This document shows positions 59,758-64,000 of a DNA stretch of 64,000 nucleotides, in pieces. A program made the position numbers and the translations under genes. The stretch's first letter is position 1. Each line of letters begins with the position of its first letter. A model generated the notes under the pieces. It was not told the DNA's origin. It worked only from the letters and a program-made list of their open reading frames with translations, and did no database searches. The stretch lies in NCBI GenBank assembly GCA_964270895.1, contig OZ185445.1. The stretch is one strand, 5' to 3'. This stretch comes from Podarcis filfolensis (taxonomy: Eukaryota).

Positions 59758-60116
59758 TAAACCACTGAGCCTCTTGGGCTTGCTGGTCGGAAGGTCGGCA
59801 GTTCGAATCTGCGTGACAGGGTGAGCTCCCGTTGCTTTATCCCAGCTTCTGCCAACCTAGCAGTTCGAAAATACACCAGTGCAAGCAGATAAATAGATAC
59901 TGCTGCGGTGGGAAGGTAAACATTGTTTCCATGAGCTCTGGCTTCCATCACAGTGTTCTGTTGCACCAGAAGTGGTTTAGTCATGTTGGTCACATGATCT
60001 GGAAAGCTGTCTGTGAACAAATACCAGCTCCCTCAGCCTGAAGCAAGATGAGCGCCGCAACCCCAAAGTCAACTTTGACTGGACTTAACCATTCAGGGGT
60101 CATTTACCTTTACCTT
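59758..60116 (+). mobile_element. Sauria SINE, older divergent subfamily
   Basis: aaaccactgagcctcttgggcttgc head variant with extra internal segments and tail caggggtcatttacctttacctt. Sits beside the (TAC/TAA)n tail of an L2-type fragment (60135-60205, minus). Confidence 0.85.
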
Positions 60117-61243
60117 ACTGCTACTACTACTACTAATTTTATTTGTACTGTGCCCATCTGACTGGGTTGCCCCAGCCACTCTGAACAGCTCCCCAAAAAT
60201 ATAAAAGCAATCTAAATTGGGAGTTCCAAATTGCTGCCGAAAAAGTTGCTGCTTTCCTAGTTTCAGCAAATATGTTTCCTGACTTCAACATCATTAGATG
60301 AGACTGATCAACGGCTCACGGTATTTTCCAGAAAGGTAATGATGCCCAATTAATTTTTGGAACAATTTGCTTACTGACTCTGTGTAAAATGGCACCCTTT
60401 GGCAGATGTTTGTTTTTGAAATGATGTGACCTTTATTTTAAGAGCTGGAAGCAATTTTCCGGTGCGGCACTTAAGAAGGGAGAAGATTTGCTGAGATGAG
60501 CTGATATGTAAACTCTGCGCTGCTCCCCTGAACCTCTGGGCGCTTCAGCAGTAGAAGCCATTTAGTGGATTCCCTGCTGTGAAACCCCCCACCCCCCCAC
60601 CCCCCGCCGCAACAAAAGGCGCCATGCTTGCAGTCGGCATGAAAATGAACGGATTAAGAAAGGAGAGACAGGACATGTTGGGAGCATGAGCAGCACTCTA
60701 TTAGCATGCAGAAGGGGGACGGCAGACAATCCAAGGGAGACTGAATAAAGGACAGCATGGAGGTGGTCCAAAAGATGGAGAAATAATGTACCAAGGCCTC
60801 TCTAAGCACAGTTTAGCATTCTTTCCCCATTGCGGATGGGCGCGTGTGGAGAAATGATAAACCGAGCTGCTTGCAAAGAGTGGGCAGGCAAGGGAGCTGG
60901 CTGTGACTTTGTGCAGGGTCTTTAGGGGAAACAGGCTGAGAACAAATGAGAAAATGGCGTGGAGAGAATGGGCATAGCTACAAGCTATAGCACAGAGAGG
61001 AAGCTGAAAAACCAAGCAGGCAAGACACAGATACCACTTGAATAAACAGGACTCAGGCCATGTGTGCACCATGTGGCTATCTATGAGGAAAAAGAGAGGA
61101 AAGCACTTTATCCCAGGGACAGTCCACTCAGTCAATTTCAGTTTCCCTCGGTTTCCAATTTTTCCATTCTTAAGTTCAGTTCTCCACATTTCCACATAAG
61201 TTTGCAAGTTCCTTTTTTTTTTAAAGTCCTAATGGAAGATTCA

Positions 61244-61598
61244 GGGGGATGCGGGTGGCGCTGTGGGTTAAACCACAGAGCCTAGGGCTTGCCGATTAGA
61301 AGGTCGGCAGTTCGAATCCCCGTGACGGGGTGAGCTCCCGTTGTTCGGTCCCTGTTCCTGCCAACCTAGCAGTTCGAAAGCACAAAGTGCAAGTAGATAA
61401 ATAGGTACCACTCCGGTGGGAAGGTAAATGCCGTTTCCGTGCGCTGCTCTGGTTTGCCAGAAGCAGCTTAGTCATGCTGGCCACATGACCCGGAAGCTGT
61501 ACGCCGGCTCCCTCGGCCAATAAAGCGAGATGAGCGCCGCAACCCCAGAGTCGGCCGAGACTGGACCTAATGGTCAGGGGTCCTTTTACTTTTACCTT
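61244..61598 (+). mobile_element. Sauria SINE, full length
   Basis: 14-bp TSD taatggaagattca / taatggaagaatca (13/14). Inserted into an older AT-rich repeat (about 61110-61850). Confidence 0.93.
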
Positions 61599-61899
61599 TA
61601 ATGGAAGAATCATAAGCATTTTCGTGCACATTTCCACTAATACACACCATTTTGCAAAACAATTTCCCCAAATACAAAACACTTTTGTATTATTGTCACT
61701 TATATATGCATTTTCATGCACACTTTACCATAGTATATGCATTTTGGTAGCACATTACTTGGCTGGAGAACTGTGTTGTAAAATTTGTCATTGTGCAAAT
61801 TTTGAAGGATGCCAGTTAAAAAGTGCAAGTTTGGTGGGTTGGCCTTTAAATACAAATGGAATAAAAATTCTCCTCCATCTTTGGTCTTTCCTTGGAAAC

Positions 61900-62193
61900 T
61901 GTTAAGTTGTGGGTGAACATATCAGACGAAACAGTGATTCTTCAAACAGCTCTTCTTTATTCAGATGCCAGAACAGAACTGAACTGAGGAGCTCAGTCAG
62001 CCTGCTTATATAGAGCTCCAGAACAGCGTAACTGTTGCAACTTTCTAAAACTATCCAATCACTGAACGTCACTTTCAACCCTTCATTTGCATACAAACGA
62101 TCCAATCACTGAACGTGACTTTCGATCCTTCATTTGCATAACTATCTACAGTATCCCCCTGCTGGCCCAGGGTGAGAACTTCAGTACATAACA
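61900..62193 (-). mobile_element. Solo LTR (same family as 16365), with internal 47-bp duplication
   Basis: TGTTA...TAACA with perfect 5-bp TSD gaaac. Aligns with the reverse complement of 16365-16620. Confidence 0.9.
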
Positions 62194-64000
62194 GAAACCT
62201 CACCTTTAAGGTGTGAACATAGAAATGTAGTGATGGCACTCTCCTTAAAGGTCAAATTTGGCACAGCTAATCTACAGGCATAAGCATTCCTGACTTCCAT
62301 GCTAGGAAAGCCTCTGCTGATGTTTGCTGGGCTATGGAGTTACAGCTAAATCACACTCAGGAAAAACGTCTGAATTTCTGTGGAAGTTAATGGGGCTGCA
62401 TGGATTTCAGAGCCCAGAATTTGTTTCTTGCGGTAAGCAGATAAAGACATCTCTCCCTTGATGGTAGAAGGCAATTTTTATAAACCTGTCTGCCTTATCT
62501 TGGGTCATAAATATAGCTTTTTCTTTTCACAATTTCCTCTGTGGCTTCCAAATCCCCTTCACATTTATGATTCTGATACCCTACTGTATTTTATTTGGAA
62601 GGTCAGTAGTTCCTTTTTTTCTTAATACTGCTGCTGCATGAAGGGAAAATCCTATATACAACTCGGGCTCATGTCCTGAGCTATATATGAAGACTCATAT
62701 TTCCTGACAGTTCCATTTCCTCTTGCTGTCTCTGTCCCAATTCCACTCCCCTCTTTTTTATGTTACATCAGCATTTTCATTTTATTACCCTGCGTTAAAA
62801 CTCGGCAGCAGACTAATATTTTGTGGGGTGGCAATTTCATGTGCAGGCTACAACTAAAGCAGAGTGCCTCAGATTTAAAAAAAAAGGCAAGCTGAGTTTG
62901 AGCCATAATAACTTAGTAATGAGAGAAAGTTTCCTTATTTGAAAGCTTTTCAGATCGTAAGGATGTGAGGCCCCAAATAACTGAAATTATATTAATTTCA
63001 CCCACATTAAAGGCTTAAGTTGTGTCGTTCCCTACAGAAGACTCCTCTACTGCAAGTGTAAAAAAGAGAAATTATTTCAGTAGGGTATTATCTCTGTCAG
63101 AGCAGAGAGCCATGGAGTTTGGCTCACTGTAGAGCCAGGCGTATTCTGACACGGTTTTATAGCATGAGTGCTCTGAACGTAGGCACTTATGCATTGCTAA
63201 AAACGAGGAAACCAAAAGAGGACACCCCCCAAAAAGGGGCATTGATTTGCATAAATGTTGCATATGCTTATTTAGATGCATAAATTTAAATTTAGAAACA
63301 ATGTAATTTAAATGGAAATACGTATTGCCAGCGGCGGCCTGTCCCATTTTGTTTTGCACTTAAAATGGGAGAATTTTATTTTAGCTGATCCTGAGTTTTA
63401 TCTTAACTTCTATTTGTTTAGAGATTTCATGCTTTGTAACATGCTTCTTAATCTTGTATCCACAGCTTCTTGACTAATAAGGCCAGGGGTCAGCTGTATG
63501 GTGAAACTGAAGACCGTATGGCTAGAGTCTGAGCCTTAACATAAATTGGTTTATGTCCATGTCCTCTTCAGGGCACTAGCCTGCATACTCCAGATGGCAG
63601 CATGTTCGAAGCGCATCAACCATATGGTAGCATAAATCCAAACCTTTTTTTGGGTAGTAAGGTGTGTACATTGTTCTCAGAAATAAAGAAGCGCAATAGG
63701 TTCAATCAGTGACATATGGGTCATGCTCCACTGCAGGTCCAAGGCAACTGAAAGGAAATTATCATGCTGGTGGCCTGGCTACAGGCAAAATTGAGTAAAT
63801 ATAGAAAGGGGGGGGACCAAGAGTAAATGAAATACATGTGGCATTTCAAAGTTCAGAAAGGTGGGCAAATCATGCCCTCAGGTTGTCATCCTGAGGGAAA
63901 GCAAAAATATTATCCATGGCATTATGATGCAGTTGCCCATTCAGTTGTAGGTTCAATTCATGCGTGCTTTTAATTTCATCATAGAACTGTAGAGGTGGAA

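Noticed and set aside
1877-61721. Recurrent antisense ORF MAEGAGVQLPGHVASMTKPLLANQSSARK... (1877, 26596, 49713, 52057, 53446, 61296)
   Set aside because: All copies lie inside Sauria SINEs, so the frame is inherited from the SINE consensus. The MAEG start is a TTG and the lengths vary with flanking read-through. There is no evidence of selection.
1-64000. CRISPR arrays, operons, rRNA, miRNA or endogenous viral ORFs
   Set aside because: This is eukaryotic repeat-rich DNA. I saw no regularly spaced repeat-spacer array, no conserved mature miRNA I recognise and no viral protein motif. A database search could still reveal short elements missed by eye.

Overview
Non-coding vertebrate DNA with depleted CpG, no operon structure and no recognisable protein-coding exon. 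The repeat content points to a squamate, most likely a lacertid lizard. It includes seven Sauria (Squam1-type) SINEs, tRNA-Lys/CR1-tail SINEs, MIR-derived SINEs and other tRNA-headed SINEs. It also holds 3' ends of L2, CR1, L1 (two lineages) and Rex1 LINEs, an RTE-related non-coding segment, several solo-LTR-like elements, and many non-autonomous DNA transposons (Tigger-like and Tc2-like with TA TSDs, hAT with 8-bp TSDs, and one family with 6-bp TSDs). Between the repeats lie repeat-free blocks rich in homeodomain or other motifs that look like candidate enhancers of a large intron or gene desert. The ORF-track proteins I can recognise are all LINE ORF2 C-termini or SINE read-through. The most unusual items are: (i) a CpG-rich TG..CA element with a perfect 5-bp TSD, no polyA signal and a 109-codon open frame starting at its edge; (ii) a 6-bp-TSD DNA transposon that appears to have captured an L2 tail; (iii) Tc2-like elements with shared ends but unrelated, hairpin-rich GC cores; (iv) an LTR family with a possible GTTT(G/C) target preference and a duplicated CCAAT/octamer module; (v) a SINE with a 46-bp target duplication; (vi) a hAT MITE carrying telomere-like G-rich repeats. 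Family names come from recalled consensus similarity, not from database searches. I see no clear evidence of a wholly new biological system.
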